Positions 7,987 to 18,112 of a DNA stretch of 55,339 nt are shown here, in pieces. The stretch spans positions 1 through 55,339 of the forward strand of contig MGCV01000004.1 of the NCBI GenBank assembly GCA_001790575.1. The letters are read 5' to 3'. The stretch comes from Candidatus Saccharibacteria bacterium RIFCSPHIGHO2_12_FULL_47_17 (lineage in GTDB: Bacteria > Patescibacteriota > Saccharimonadia > Saccharimonadales > UBA10212). Made by a program: the position numbers and the translations under genes. Under the pieces are notes generated by a model, which was given only the letters and a program-made list of their open reading frames with translations, ran no database searches and was not told the DNA's origin. Positions within the stretch are counted from its first letter, which is position 1. The number at the start of each line of letters is the position of its first letter.

Positions 7987-10900
7987 TCATTGCTTATCCT
8001 CTGCTTCAACTGGCTTCTCTTCTGTTCTGGCGCCGGTACCAACTGGTATCAACCGCCCTAAAATGACGTTTTCCTTCAAGCCATAAAGGTGGTCTACCTT
8101 ACCAGAAGTCGCCGCCGCAATCAGAACCCGCGTTGTATCTTGGAATGAGGCAGCCGACAAGAAAGAATCGGTCGACAGCGATGCCTTAGTAATACCAAGC
8201 AACAGCTGGTTATACAGAGCTGGCTTCTTTTTTTCTTTGGTCAGACGCTCGTTGGCTTCAACAACCGCCAATTTGCTGACAATGTCACCGGTGATGAACT
8301 GCGAATCGCCAGAATCTTCAATCTGCACCCTACTAAACATCTGCCTAATGATGACCTCTAGATGTTTATCGGAAATGGTTTGGCCCTGAGAGGCGAAAAT
8401 ATATAGGACTTCGTTCATGATGTAACGCTGGGTCGTCTCAATGCCAGACAGGCGCATCAGATCATGCAAGTTGATAGAACCGTTGGTTAAACGCTGGCCG
8501 GGCTCGACTACATCACCAGTTTTAACAAGTAGTTGTCTAAAGCCTGGAATCTCGTAGCGGATAACACTCTTAGCGGTTGGTGTAATGGTGATCAGTGAAC
8601 GGTTAACCTTAACTTTGCCAACCATAGTAGCAGTTAACGGTTCGCTGCCATCTTCGAGAGCCGCAATTACATCACCGATATTGACTTCATCGCCGTCTTG
8701 GACTTTAGCAATTCTTTCACCACTAATTGGAACTTCCACCGGTTTACGTTTCTTGGCTGTTATTTGAACAATGTACTGATCATCTTCCTCCCAAGTGTTT
8801 ACAGTGCCGGCAATATCAGATAAGTAGGCTTGGCCCTTTGGTGTTCGGACCTCCAAAATTTCTTCAACACGGGTTAGACCCTGGGTGACGTCATCACCGG
8901 CCGTCACAGCACCGGCGCGATGTTTGGAGTCCAGCGACAACTGAGTGCCTGGCTCACCAATGCTTTGGGCGGCAATCACGCCAATTGGATAATCTGTAGC
9001 CACCAGCCGGCCAGTGGCTAAATCGAGACCGTATGATTTTTGGCTGACACCGCGGACTGAAGTGCAGGATAAAACGCTCATGATCCGGACTGCCTCAACT
9101 GAACTATCTTCGCCAATTGCTTTGGCCGCCTCGGTTGTAATTAACTGGCCGCTCTTGACGTAACGTTTAACATTTTCAGCCGCGAAGCGACCAATAAGTC
9201 GTCCGCCAAAGTTAACGTTGATGGCCTCAGAATCACTACGGTAAATTAGGAAGCCACCGTCTTCGGCCTCATATGCAACTGTGAAAACATCTTGAGCTAC
9301 ATCCACCAGTCGCCGGGTCAAATAGCCGGAGTCGGCCGTCCGCAGGGCAATATCAATCAAGGATTTGCGCGTACCACGGGTGGCTGTAAAGTACTCCAGT
9401 GGTGTCAGTCCGTATTTGTAGTTGGAGCGAACCGGCAACTCAATCGCCCGGCCAGTGGCATCGGCGAACATACCAAGCATGCCAACCGATTTTTTCATCT
9501 GGGAAATGTTGCCGCGGGCGCCAGAAGCAACCGCAATCGACATGGTATTGTCTTCGGTAGCAAACTGCTCTGCCAGCGCCTGCTCAACGCGTGTATCAAC
9601 ATCAGTCCAGGTCTCAACCGTCAATCGATAACGCTCATCATCAGTAATAAAACCAGAAGCATATTGTTTGGAAATTTCAGTGGCCTTGGCTTCGCCGCCA
9701 TTAACTATTTCCGCAAGTCCTTTAAGATCCGAAAAGTCATCCATACCAATCGACAACCCAGAATAAGTTGCGTAGTAGAAACCGAGGTCTTTAAGATCGT
9801 CGGCAATTAAGGCCGTTTTCTCTTGGCCATAGCGTTGATAAGTATAAGACATGACTTTATCTAGTTTTTTAGAAGTCATGGCCTCATTCTGAAACGGAAA
9901 ATCTTCTGGGAAAATCTCGTTAAAGATCAACCGGCCAACTGTCGTGTCTTGTAACTGGTCCCTGTAAGGAACCTTGACTCGGCTCTGAAGCGTCAATTTA
10001 CGCTCATCAAGGGCCTTTAAGACTTCCTCATAGCTGCTGTAGGCCAACGCCTGTTGGGCATGGCCACCGTGGCGTTCATAGGTCAGATAGTAGCAACCGA
10101 GCACGATGTCTTGTTCAACGTGTAAGATTGGCGAGCCATCGGCCGGTTTCAGCAAGTTGCGGTTAGAAGCCATTATCTCGTGAGCTTCTTTTTGCGAAGC
10201 TTCACCCAGTGGCAAGTGGACGGCCATCTGGTCGCCATCAAAGTCGGCATTAAAGCCCTTACAGACTAAGGGGTGCAGCTGGATAGCCTTACCTTCAATC
10301 AGTACTGGCTGGAAGGCCTGAATACTCAATCGGTGCAAGCTCGGTGCCCGGTTAAGTAAGACATATTTATCTTTAATTACCTCGTCCAGCGCATCCCAGA
10401 CAGCTGACTCGCTAGTCTCAATCATTCGAGTAGCGCTGCGAATATTGTGAGCCATCTCTTTATCAATCAGATAGCCAATCACAAACGGCTTAAACAGCTC
10501 CAGAGCCATGGTTTTGGGCAGTCCACATTGGTACATCTTAAGTTCTGGTCCTGAAACAATGACGCTTCGGCCAGAATAATCAACGCGTTTACCCAGCAAG
10601 TTCTGGCGGAAGCGGCCCTGCTTGCCGCGCAGCATATCGGATAACGACTTTAGGCGGCGGCGCTGGCCGGTGGCCGCCACAGCTCGCCCGGAGCGAGCGT
10701 TATTATTATCGATCAGGGCATCAACTGCCTCTTGGAGCATGCGCATTTCATTGCGCCGAATAACCTCTGGCGCTTTAAGTTCGATTAATTTTTTAAGACG
10801 ATTGTTACGATTGATTACCCTCCGATAAAGGTCGTTGAGGTCGGACGTAGCAAATCGGCCGCCGGTTAGTTGAACCATTGGTCGCAGATCCGGTGGGATA

Positions 10901-11799
10901 ACCGGCAAGACCGTCACACACATGCTGCTTGGCTTAATGTTGGCTCTTTGCATACCTTCCAGCAGGCGCAAACGCTTCATTATTTTCTTTTTGCGCTGGC
11001 CACGGGCCTCTTCGGCTTCTTTATCTAAGTCTTCTATTAATTGGGAGATATCAATTTCGTCCAACAGTTGCTTCAGGGCTTCACCGCCCATACCAACTTT
11101 GATCAAAGACTGTAGTTCATCGGGTAGAGCCCGATAGTCGCTCTCAGTCAGCAGGTTTAATTTTACGAGTGAGTCAATCTGGCTTCGGAAATTTTCGGTA
11201 TTGGCCGTAAGCTCCTCTAGCTCTTTATTGCGAGCGGCTGATAGCTGTTTCATATCAGCGTCTTTTTTGGCAGCTTCCTTGTCATAACGGACTTTAATTG
11301 CGGCTTCAGCGGCTTTATATTCAGCTTCCTTATCATCGGCAATCTTTTGTTTGCGGTCGCTATCAAGGGCCGTAATTATATAGCTGGCAAAATAGGCAAT
11401 TTTCTCTAGGCTTTTAACGGTTAGTCCCAGCAGCAGGCCAATGGCACTAGGTGTGCCGCGTAAAAACCAAATATGAGCCACCGGGCTGGCCAAGCTAATA
11501 TGTCCCATGCGCTCGCGGCGCACAATACTACGAGTCACAATCTCGCCCTTTTTATCAACTGCCATATCACGGCTGCGCATACCCTTGTATTTGGCATCAT
11601 GGGGGTTAATATCTTTAACCGGACCAAAGATCCGCTCGTCGAAAAGGCCGTCGCGCTCCGGTTTTTGGGTACGGTAATTGATGGTTTCTGGCTTGGTAAT
11701 CTCGCCGTAGCTCCACTCCAAAATGTCATCAGCACTGGCGATCGCTAATCGCACAGCGTTAAAATCGGCAATGTTGTTGCCTGGACTATAGTAACGCAT
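7987..11799 (-). CDS. rpoC: DNA-directed RNA polymerase subunit beta'
   Basis: 1270 aa with the NADFDGDQMAVH catalytic motif. TAATG overlap with the rpoB stop. Confidence 0.97.
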   Translation of the reverse strand: MRYYSPGNNIADFNAVRLAIASADDILEWSYGEITKPETINYRTQKPERDGLFDERIFGPVKDINPHDAKYKGMRSRDMAVDKKGEIVTRSIVRRERMGHISLASPVAHIWFLRGTPSAIGLLLGLTVKSLEKIAYFASYIITALDSDRKQKIADDKEAEYKAAEAAIKVRYDKEAAKKDADMKQLSAARNKELEELTANTENFRSQIDSLVKLNLLTESDYRALPDELQSLIKVGMGGEALKQLLDEIDISQLIEDLDKEAEEARGQRKKKIMKRLRLLEGMQRANIKPSSMCVTVLPVIPPDLRPMVQLTGGRFATSDLNDLYRRVINRNNRLKKLIELKAPEVIRRNEMRMLQEAVDALIDNNNARSGRAVAATGQRRRLKSLSDMLRGKQGRFRQNLLGKRVDYSGRSVIVSGPELKMYQCGLPKTMALELFKPFVIGYLIDKEMAHNIRSATRMIETSESAVWDALDEVIKDKYVLLNRAPSLHRLSIQAFQPVLIEGKAIQLHPLVCKGFNADFDGDQMAVHLPLGEASQKEAHEIMASNRNLLKPADGSPILHVEQDIVLGCYYLTYERHGGHAQQALAYSSYEEVLKALDERKLTLQSRVKVPYRDQLQDTTVGRLIFNEIFPEDFPFQNEAMTSKKLDKVMSYTYQRYGQEKTALIADDLKDLGFYYATYSGLSIGMDDFSDLKGLAEIVNGGEAKATEISKQYASGFITDDERYRLTVETWTDVDTRVEQALAEQFATEDNTMSIAVASGARGNISQMKKSVGMLGMFADATGRAIELPVRSNYKYGLTPLEYFTATRGTRKSLIDIALRTADSGYLTRRLVDVAQDVFTVAYEAEDGGFLIYRSDSEAINVNFGGRLIGRFAAENVKRYVKSGQLITTEAAKAIGEDSSVEAVRIMSVLSCTSVRGVSQKSYGLDLATGRLVATDYPIGVIAAQSIGEPGTQLSLDSKHRAGAVTAGDDVTQGLTRVEEILEVRTPKGQAYLSDIAGTVNTWEEDDQYIVQITAKKRKPVEVPISGERIAKVQDGDEVNIGDVIAALEDGSEPLTATMVGKVKVNRSLITITPTAKSVIRYEIPGFRQLLVKTGDVVEPGQRLTNGSINLHDLMRLSGIETTQRYIMNEVLYIFASQGQTISDKHLEVIIRQMFSRVQIEDSGDSQFITGDIVSKLAVVEANERLTKEKKKPALYNQLLLGITKASLSTDSFLSAASFQDTTRVLIAAATSGKVDHLYGLKENVILGRLIPVGTGARTEEKPVEAEDKQ

Positions 11800-14700
11800 T
11801 AACTCTTTCCCTCGTCGCTAGTGGTATCGTCGCTGCCCGGCATCAGCAGACCATCATCATTAATGGCCACCATCGAAGTGTCGTCTAGGTGGGCAGCGGC
11901 AAAGTTGTCGGTCACCGCCGCTTCAGTGACATCAACATCATCAACGCTAGAGGTAGGCGGTGAAATCTTTGGCGCATGTCTAGCTTCGTCTTTAATATTT
12001 TGGGCCAGCACATGTTCGGCATCGATGACTTTATTATCAGCCGTCAAAAGATCAACTTTAAGTCCCAGTCCTTGCAGCTCCTTAACCAGCACATTGAAGC
12101 TTTCAGGTACTTTTGGCCCTTGAATCTCAACGCCTTTGATAATGCTCTCATAAGCTTTAGCCCGTCCGTAAACATCATCACTTTTAATGGTCAGCATTTC
12201 CTGAAGGCAATGGGCCGCACCGTAGGCTTCTAAGGCCCAGACTTCCATTTCACCAAAGCGTTGGCCGCCGTTTTGGGCCTTACCACCCAACGGCTGCTGC
12301 GTAACCATAGTATATGGGCCGGTGGAACGAGCATGAATCTTATCGGTTACCATATGATTGAGTTTGATAATGTACATACTGCCAACCGTGGCTCGCTCGG
12401 CAAACGGTTCACCAGTCCGCCCATCACGAAGCTGCTGTTTGCCATCTTTTGGTAATCCGGCTTCGCCAAGCATCTGTTGAATTTTGTCGGTTGGCACGCC
12501 GTTAAAGGCCGGTGAAGCAACTTTGAGACCAAGCGCCCGAGCGGCCATACCAAGATGGGTTTCAAATAGCTGGCCAATATTCATACGCGACGGCACGCCC
12601 AATGGATTAAGAATTACGTCTACTGGTACACCGTCTTCCATAAATGGCATGTCCTCAACTGGCAATATTCGAGCAATCACGCCTTTGTTACCATGGCGAC
12701 CGCCCAGTTTATCGCCAACGGCAATTTTGCGCATTTGGGCCACAAACACCTGAACCTGCATGATTACGCCAGCTTTAAGTTCATGGCCGGACGAGCGCGA
12801 GAAGATCTTAACGCCAACCACTTTGCCATGGCGGCCAGTGCTCATGCGCTGCGACGTATCACGCACCTCTTTGGCCTTTTCGCCAAAAATGGCCCTGAGC
12901 AAACGCTCTTCACTGGAAAGTTCTTGTTCGCCTTTTGGTGTAATTTTACCAACTAAAATATCGCCGGGGTGAACTTCGGCACCGATGCGCACGATGCCGT
13001 CTTCATCAAGATGGCGCAGTGACTCTTCAGAAACGTTAGGAATGTCGCGAGTGACAATCTCAGGTCCCAGCTTGGTTTCGCGCACCTCGGTCATATAGTC
13101 CACGATGTGGATAGATGTCAGTGAGTCATCTTCGACCAACCGACGAGAAATAATAATGGCATCCTCGAAGTTATAGCCGGACCACGGCATGAAAGCCACC
13201 AATAGGTCCTTACCAAGAGCCAGCTGTCCATCGGCAATACTCATGCCTTCGATCAACGATTGGCCGGCTTTGACCCTGTCGCCCGAATTGACAACGACCG
13301 TCTGATTCATCGAACTGCCCTCGTTAGAACGAACAAAATGAACCGGTCGGTAAGTTGCCCGTTTGCCATTTTTGTAGCGGACTACGACTTCCTCGGATGT
13401 CGCCTTGACCACTTGGCCGTCAGCTTCAGCATTCACCATTTGCCCGGAATTTTCAGCCACCACCCTTTCAAAACCAGTCCCGACAATCGGGCACTCCGGT
13501 TTAATTAACGGAACGGCTTGGCGCTGCTGATTAGAACCCATTAATGAACGCAAAACATAGTTTTTCTCAATAAATGGGATCAGCCCGGCGCTAGAGCCGA
13601 TACTTTGGGCCCGGCTGGCATCAACATGGGTGATCTCATTGGCATCAACTTCGCCCGGCTCCAACCTAATGCGCGCACTAATCCTAGCCTCCTTAAAGTA
13701 ACCATTTTTATCAATTTCATTACCGGCACCGGCAATGGTTGCCTGTCCTTCTTCGGCGGCGTCAAGATAGACAATCTCGTCTGTTAGCTTGGCCTTAACC
13801 GGCCAAGTTTTTTGCTCTTTAATGACGCTTAGGCGTCTAGCTGCCGCTGGCGTAATAACCGCCCCGGCTTTGACGATGATTTTTCCCTTAGGATCCTCAA
13901 GATTAACGGCCGCAATATGACCCGGTGCTTCTTTGGCGCTAACTGCGTTAATAACTTTACGATAAGGCGTTTCAATAAAACCATATTCATTGACACGAGC
14001 ATAAGAGGCTAAATTGAGCACCAGTCCAATATTGGCGCCTTCCGGCGTTTCGACCGGACAGATTCGGCCATAGTGGGTGGCATGGGCATCACGCACCTCA
14101 AAACCAGCCCGTTCGCGTGAAAGGCCGCCTGGTCCCATGGAACTCAGGCGGCGTTTATGTGCCAATTCGGAAAGCGGGTTAATCTGATCCATAAATTGGC
14201 TAAGCTGGGAGCTGGCAAAAAACTCCCGGACGGCGGCTACAACTGGCCGGGCATTAATCAGCTGGGCCGGCGTAACGGTTTCGATCTCGGACATAGACAT
14301 GCGGTCTTTGGCATTGCGCTCCATCCGCAGTAAGCCAATACGGAACTGGCGCTGAACCAGTTCGCCGACCAGTTTGACTCGACGATTTGCGAGAGAATCT
14401 ATTTCGTCGGCTGGCTCTTGGGTGTTGTTGAGCCGAATCAGCTCAGCAATGATGGCTAGCAGATCATCAATCCGCATGACACGGTTCTTGACTGTGTTGG
14501 GCACATCCAGGTTCAAGCGTTTGTTAATCTTGTAGCGCCCAACTTTGCCAAAGTCAAAGCGTTTAAAGTTATAAAGCATGTTCTCAATTAGAGAGCGGGC
14601 GTTTTCAACCGTGGCTAGATCGCCGGGGCGCAAGCGGCGGTAGACTTCAATCAAAGCTTCGTTAACACTTTTGGCCGGATCTTTATCAAAGGTGGCATCA

Positions 14701-15356
14701 ATGTAATTAAGGCTGCCGCTGTCAACATGAGCAAAAGCATCTTTAATTTGCTGCTCACTCAAGCCCAGCGCCCGCAGCAGCGTGGTTACTGGGATTTTAC
14801 GCTTGCGGTCAATCTTGACGTGCAGAGCTCCAGCCGCTGCAGTTTCGAACTCTAGCCAGGCCCCCCGTACTGGTATAATTTTGGCGCCGTACAGTCTGAT
14901 TGTCCCATATGGTTCAGAGGTAAAGAAGACGCCCGAGCTGCGGATCAACTGGCTGACCACCACTCGTTCGGCTCCGTTAATAACAAAAGTACCCCGGGAT
15001 GTCATCCAGGGGTAGTCGCCTAAGTAAATCTCTTGTTCCTTAATCTCGCCGGTTACCTTATTAGTAAGCTCGATAATGGCTTTGAGTGGAGCGTCGAAGC
15101 TGACATTATTGGCGCGAGCTTCTTGCTCGGTCAGCTTGGGATCTTCAAAGCGGTATTTTTTAAAGCGCAGACTGAGTTTAATGCCGGTATAGTCATCAAT
15201 CGGACTGATTTCTTCAAATAACTCACCCAGCCCCTCGCGGATAAACCATTGGAACGAGGAGTTTTGATGGTCGACCAAATTCGGTGGACTTAAAATGTCA
15301 TCTGTCGGTGTGTAATAAATACGAGATGCGATGCCGTTTGCCTTCTTCGCCGTCAA
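11799..15356 (-). CDS. rpoB: DNA-directed RNA polymerase subunit beta
   Basis: 1185 aa with conserved GRHGNKGV and PFMEDGVPVDVILNPLGVPSRMN blocks. TTG start. Acidic C-terminal extension of about 60 aa. Confidence 0.97.
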   Translation of the reverse strand: MTAKKANGIASRIYYTPTDDILSPPNLVDHQNSSFQWFIREGLGELFEEISPIDDYTGIKLSLRFKKYRFEDPKLTEQEARANNVSFDAPLKAIIELTNKVTGEIKEQEIYLGDYPWMTSRGTFVINGAERVVVSQLIRSSGVFFTSEPYGTIRLYGAKIIPVRGAWLEFETAAAGALHVKIDRKRKIPVTTLLRALGLSEQQIKDAFAHVDSGSLNYIDATFDKDPAKSVNEALIEVYRRLRPGDLATVENARSLIENMLYNFKRFDFGKVGRYKINKRLNLDVPNTVKNRVMRIDDLLAIIAELIRLNNTQEPADEIDSLANRRVKLVGELVQRQFRIGLLRMERNAKDRMSMSEIETVTPAQLINARPVVAAVREFFASSQLSQFMDQINPLSELAHKRRLSSMGPGGLSRERAGFEVRDAHATHYGRICPVETPEGANIGLVLNLASYARVNEYGFIETPYRKVINAVSAKEAPGHIAAVNLEDPKGKIIVKAGAVITPAAARRLSVIKEQKTWPVKAKLTDEIVYLDAAEEGQATIAGAGNEIDKNGYFKEARISARIRLEPGEVDANEITHVDASRAQSIGSSAGLIPFIEKNYVLRSLMGSNQQRQAVPLIKPECPIVGTGFERVVAENSGQMVNAEADGQVVKATSEEVVVRYKNGKRATYRPVHFVRSNEGSSMNQTVVVNSGDRVKAGQSLIEGMSIADGQLALGKDLLVAFMPWSGYNFEDAIIISRRLVEDDSLTSIHIVDYMTEVRETKLGPEIVTRDIPNVSEESLRHLDEDGIVRIGAEVHPGDILVGKITPKGEQELSSEERLLRAIFGEKAKEVRDTSQRMSTGRHGKVVGVKIFSRSSGHELKAGVIMQVQVFVAQMRKIAVGDKLGGRHGNKGVIARILPVEDMPFMEDGVPVDVILNPLGVPSRMNIGQLFETHLGMAARALGLKVASPAFNGVPTDKIQQMLGEAGLPKDGKQQLRDGRTGEPFAERATVGSMYIIKLNHMVTDKIHARSTGPYTMVTQQPLGGKAQNGGQRFGEMEVWALEAYGAAHCLQEMLTIKSDDVYGRAKAYESIIKGVEIQGPKVPESFNVLVKELQGLGLKVDLLTADNKVIDAEHVLAQNIKDEARHAPKISPPTSSVDDVDVTEAAVTDNFAAAHLDDTSMVAINDDGLLMPGSDDTTSDEGKS

Positions 15357-15516
15357 AAGCTTTTGTTCCCCCTAAAATTAAAGTTAATAATTAATAGATA
15401 GGTGTGCCAGCTCGAAGCCCACTACTTGAGGCCAAAATTTGTTTAGACTACAGCAAGGCCAAAGTACACTACTTCTTGATAGATAGAATACAGAATTATG
15501 ATTTAAGAATCAAGAG

Positions 15517-15633
15517 TAAATTTCTAATTCCTAATTGCTCTAATTTCTAAATAAGTACAGGTTTTTTGCTTTAATTTCTCAATTGTTCATTGGGATTTAG
15601 TTAGGTCAATTAGAATTATTAGGTCAATTAGGT
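15517..15633. repeat. CTAATT/AATTAG word-repeat element upstream of rpoB
   Basis: TAAATTTCTAATTCCTAATTGCTCTAATT (15517-15545) is identical to 30076-30104. TTAGGTCAATTAGAA and TTAGGTCAATTAGGT (15601-15633) also recur at 30166-30197. Confidence 0.7.
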
Positions 15634-15636
15634 TAA

Positions 15637-16236
15637 TTATCTATGAGTGATAACTTTGTCGACTAGGCCGTATTTTTTGGCTTCTTCGGCGGTCATCCAG
15701 TAGTCACGGTCGACGTCTTTTTCGACTTTAGATAGTGGCTGGCCGGTATTTTTGGCTAGTATTTCGTTCAAAAGTCTTTTAATTCTGATACCTTCCCGCA
15801 GATCAATTTCCAGATCTGTTATTTTGGCTTTTTCGGCAGCGGCGCTCGGTTGGTGAATCATAACTGTGGCATTTGGAAGTAATAATCTTTTACCTTTGGT
15901 GCCGGAGCTCAAAAGCAGAGCTGCGGCCGAGGCGTTTACACCGATGCCAACGCTTTGAATGTCGCACTTTACGAATTTCATGGTGTCGTAAATAGCAAAA
16001 GCGTTATAGACACTGCCGCCCGGGCTGTTGATATAGAATATGATGTCCTTATCCGAGTCTTCATTTTCCAAAAACAACATCTGGGCAACTACTAAATTGG
16101 CAGTATGTTCGTTTACATCCGTGCCCAAAAAAATTATTCGGTCCTTCAGCAAACGGCTGTAAATATCATAAGCCCGTTCAAACCGGCCTTCTTGCTCAAT
16201 AACTGTTGGCACTAAGACTTGGCTGGTTTTATTCAT
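15637..16236 (-). CDS. clpP: ATP-dependent Clp protease proteolytic subunit
   Basis: 199 aa with [14 protein letters not shown], the catalytic context [13 protein letters not shown] and MIHQP. Confidence 0.95.
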   Translation of the reverse strand: MNKTSQVLVPTVIEQEGRFERAYDIYSRLLKDRIIFLGTDVNEHTANLVVAQMLFLENEDSDKDIIFYINSPGGSVYNAFAIYDTMKFVKCDIQSVGIGVNASAAALLLSSGTKGKRLLLPNATVMIHQPSAAAEKAKITDLEIDLREGIRIKRLLNEILAKNTGQPLSKVEKDVDRDYWMTAEEAKKYGLVDKVITHR

Positions 16237-16244
16237 ATGCGAAA

Positions 16245-16250
16245 AGTATA
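16245..16250 (-). promoter_or_regulatory. candidate clpP -10 box (TATACT)
   Basis: Minus strand reads TTGACG-N18-TATACT-tttcgcat-ATG(16236). The -35 TTGACG lies inside the CIRCE-like element. Confidence 0.4.
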
Positions 16251-16260
16251 TCTCATTAAA

Positions 16261-16287
16261 TTAGCACTCGTCAAGTGAGAGTGCCAG
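16261..16287 (-). promoter_or_regulatory. CIRCE-like inverted repeat (HrcA operator type) upstream of clpP
   Basis: TTAGCACTC-gtcaagtga-GAGTGCCAG against the CIRCE consensus TTAGCACTC-N9-GAGTGCTAA: left arm 9/9, right arm 7/9. It lies 25 nt upstream of the clpP ATG. Confidence 0.6.
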
Positions 16288-16680
16288 AATTGATATTACT
16301 TCTTCTCGCGGGAGTTCCCAAACTTCTGTTACACCGCGAATTACGCCATTAGGAAAATTAACTAGCACGAGAGAGGCATAGCCAATCCGGTTAACAATTT
16401 CATAACGTCCCTCTCGCTCAAGATCTTTTCGTAGAACCTCTTCCAATATACTTGACAGTCCGAATCTCTTGGCACGTTTTAAGATATCCGGATCAGGTTT
16501 CATTATTTCAAACCTGTGGATGGGGATTGGTTCCTTGCTTAGGTCTGGTTGGTTAGTAACCAGCATCATGCCAGGATCATATGCACCCAGTAGCCCCACT
16601 ATTTTTGAACCATCCCGAATTGACTTTAAATGCACAAGTTCCTTTGGAGTTAATCTCGCACTGTATAAAGAACTTTGCAA
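16261..16680 (-). CDS. hypothetical protein between tig and clpP
   Basis: 139-aa ORF with a TTG start. Its last codons (LALSLDEC-stop) are encoded by the CIRCE-like palindrome. No domain recognised. Confidence 0.4.
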   Translation of the reverse strand: MQSSLYSARLTPKELVHLKSIRDGSKIVGLLGAYDPGMMLVTNQPDLSKEPIPIHRFEIMKPDPDILKRAKRFGLSSILEEVLRKDLEREGRYEIVNRIGYASLVLVNFPNGVIRGVTEVWELPREEVISILALSLDEC

Positions 16681-16700
16681 GCATAGGCGTTTTAAACAAT

Positions 16701-17984
16701 CTATTGACTGGTGACGTAGTCGACTAGTTTGGCAACGGTTTTTTCGGTCATTAGCTGGGCGGCGATTTGGCGTTGATTGTCCGGATTATCAAGCTCGGCC
16801 TGCATTTTCTCATCTTGATACTGACTCTTTAGCCTTTGGATCCTGAGCTGGAGCTCCTCTTGGGTAATGGCTACATCTTCCTGTTCGGCGACTTCCGACA
16901 GTATTAAGCCGCCTTTGACGCGGCGTTCGGTGTCTGGCCGCTGACGCTCACGGTGCTGTTCTTCGCTCACGCCCTCTTCAGCCAAATGCTCGCCCCATGT
17001 TTGACCGCGGGCCATAAGATTGCGTTTTTCCTGCTCCTCGGCAGCGGCAATTTGCTCATCAACCATGGCTTTGGGCACTGTCACTTCACTTTTGTCGATT
17101 AGCGAATTGACAATCTCGTTTTCGTAGTCCCGATCGGCCTGTTGCTGCTTTTCGGTGAGTAATTGCTTTTTTATATCGGCCTTAAGTTCAGCCAGAGTTT
17201 TAAACGACCCGATTTTGGCGGCAAAGGCGTCGTCGGTCGCCGGCTCATTCACCTCGTTAACTTTTTTGACTTCTACCGAGAAAGTCACTGGTTTAGACTG
17301 CATCGTTTTGACGCCATAATCTTTTGGAAAAGTGATTTCGAATTCCTTTTGGTCGCCGGCCTTCAAGCCAACCAGATTGTCTTCAAAACCGGGTACAAAT
17401 TTATAGCTTCCCAAAATAACGTCAATGTCTTTGCCGGCGGTGTTCGGAATGGGCATACCGTCCTTGCCCTTGCCCTTAAAATCAATAATTAGTTCGTCGC
17501 CAACTTTGGCGGCACGGTCAACTGCTTTGCGCTCCGCCGCCCGACTCTGCAATGACTTGACTACGTCCTCGACTTCTTTAGCGGAAATATCCACTGGCTT
17601 CTTGGCAGCCTTGATTTTTTTATAGTCGCCTAGCTTGATTGGCCCAATAACTTCCAGCTCGGCTTCAAATTCCAGCTCTGTATAAGGTATAAATTTTTTA
17701 ACTTTAACTTCAGGTTTGGAGGCCGGACGCAGTTTTTCCTGATCAATCGCCTTACCATAAAGCTGGTTGAGGGCGTGCTCGATAAATTCATCAGCCAGCG
17801 CATTGTGGTTAACGTATTTCTCGACCAAAGCCGCCGGTGCCGTGCCAGACCTAAAGCCGGGCACATTAACTTTGTCGGCAAAATGGGTTAATGTGTGATC
17901 TTTTATCGTCGTCAGATCGAATTGATCGGCCGAAATTACGAGTACAACCTGCGTCGGGCTTTTATCGGTCCTAGTTACCTTCAT
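16701..17984 (-). CDS. tig: trigger factor
   Basis: 427 aa with the N-terminal ribosome-binding signature VPGFRSG, a central FKBP-like segment (GFE..L.G.K.GD) and a helical C-terminus. It sits in the classic tig-clpP neighbourhood. Confidence 0.9.
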   Translation of the reverse strand: MKVTRTDKSPTQVVLVISADQFDLTTIKDHTLTHFADKVNVPGFRSGTAPAALVEKYVNHNALADEFIEHALNQLYGKAIDQEKLRPASKPEVKVKKFIPYTELEFEAELEVIGPIKLGDYKKIKAAKKPVDISAKEVEDVVKSLQSRAAERKAVDRAAKVGDELIIDFKGKGKDGMPIPNTAGKDIDVILGSYKFVPGFEDNLVGLKAGDQKEFEITFPKDYGVKTMQSKPVTFSVEVKKVNEVNEPATDDAFAAKIGSFKTLAELKADIKKQLLTEKQQQADRDYENEIVNSLIDKSEVTVPKAMVDEQIAAAEEQEKRNLMARGQTWGEHLAEEGVSEEQHRERQRPDTERRVKGGLILSEVAEQEDVAITQEELQLRIQRLKSQYQDEKMQAELDNPDNQRQIAAQLMTEKTVAKLVDYVTSQ

Positions 17985-18112
17985 CCCGATTAGATCCCCA
18001 TCCTTGGCTTATGCTTATCATACATTGTTGGAAGGGTATAACAGCTCCAACATAAAAGAAGGTTGACAGTTGCAGGCTGAGGTCTAACGGGATTCATCAG
18101 CCCGATTATACC

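Noticed and set aside
15517-15633. CRISPR array interpretation of the AATTAG/TTAGGTCAATTAG repeats (also at 30076..30197 and 53851..53963).
   Set aside because: The units are 6-15 bp, irregularly spaced and directly abutting, without 25-40-bp unique spacers. No cas genes are present.
17985-18112. A possible ncRNA or tRNA in the hisS-tig spacer.
   Set aside because: Only a short GTTGGA/TCCAAC hairpin and a duplicated CCCGATTA word are present. There is no cloverleaf or known motif.
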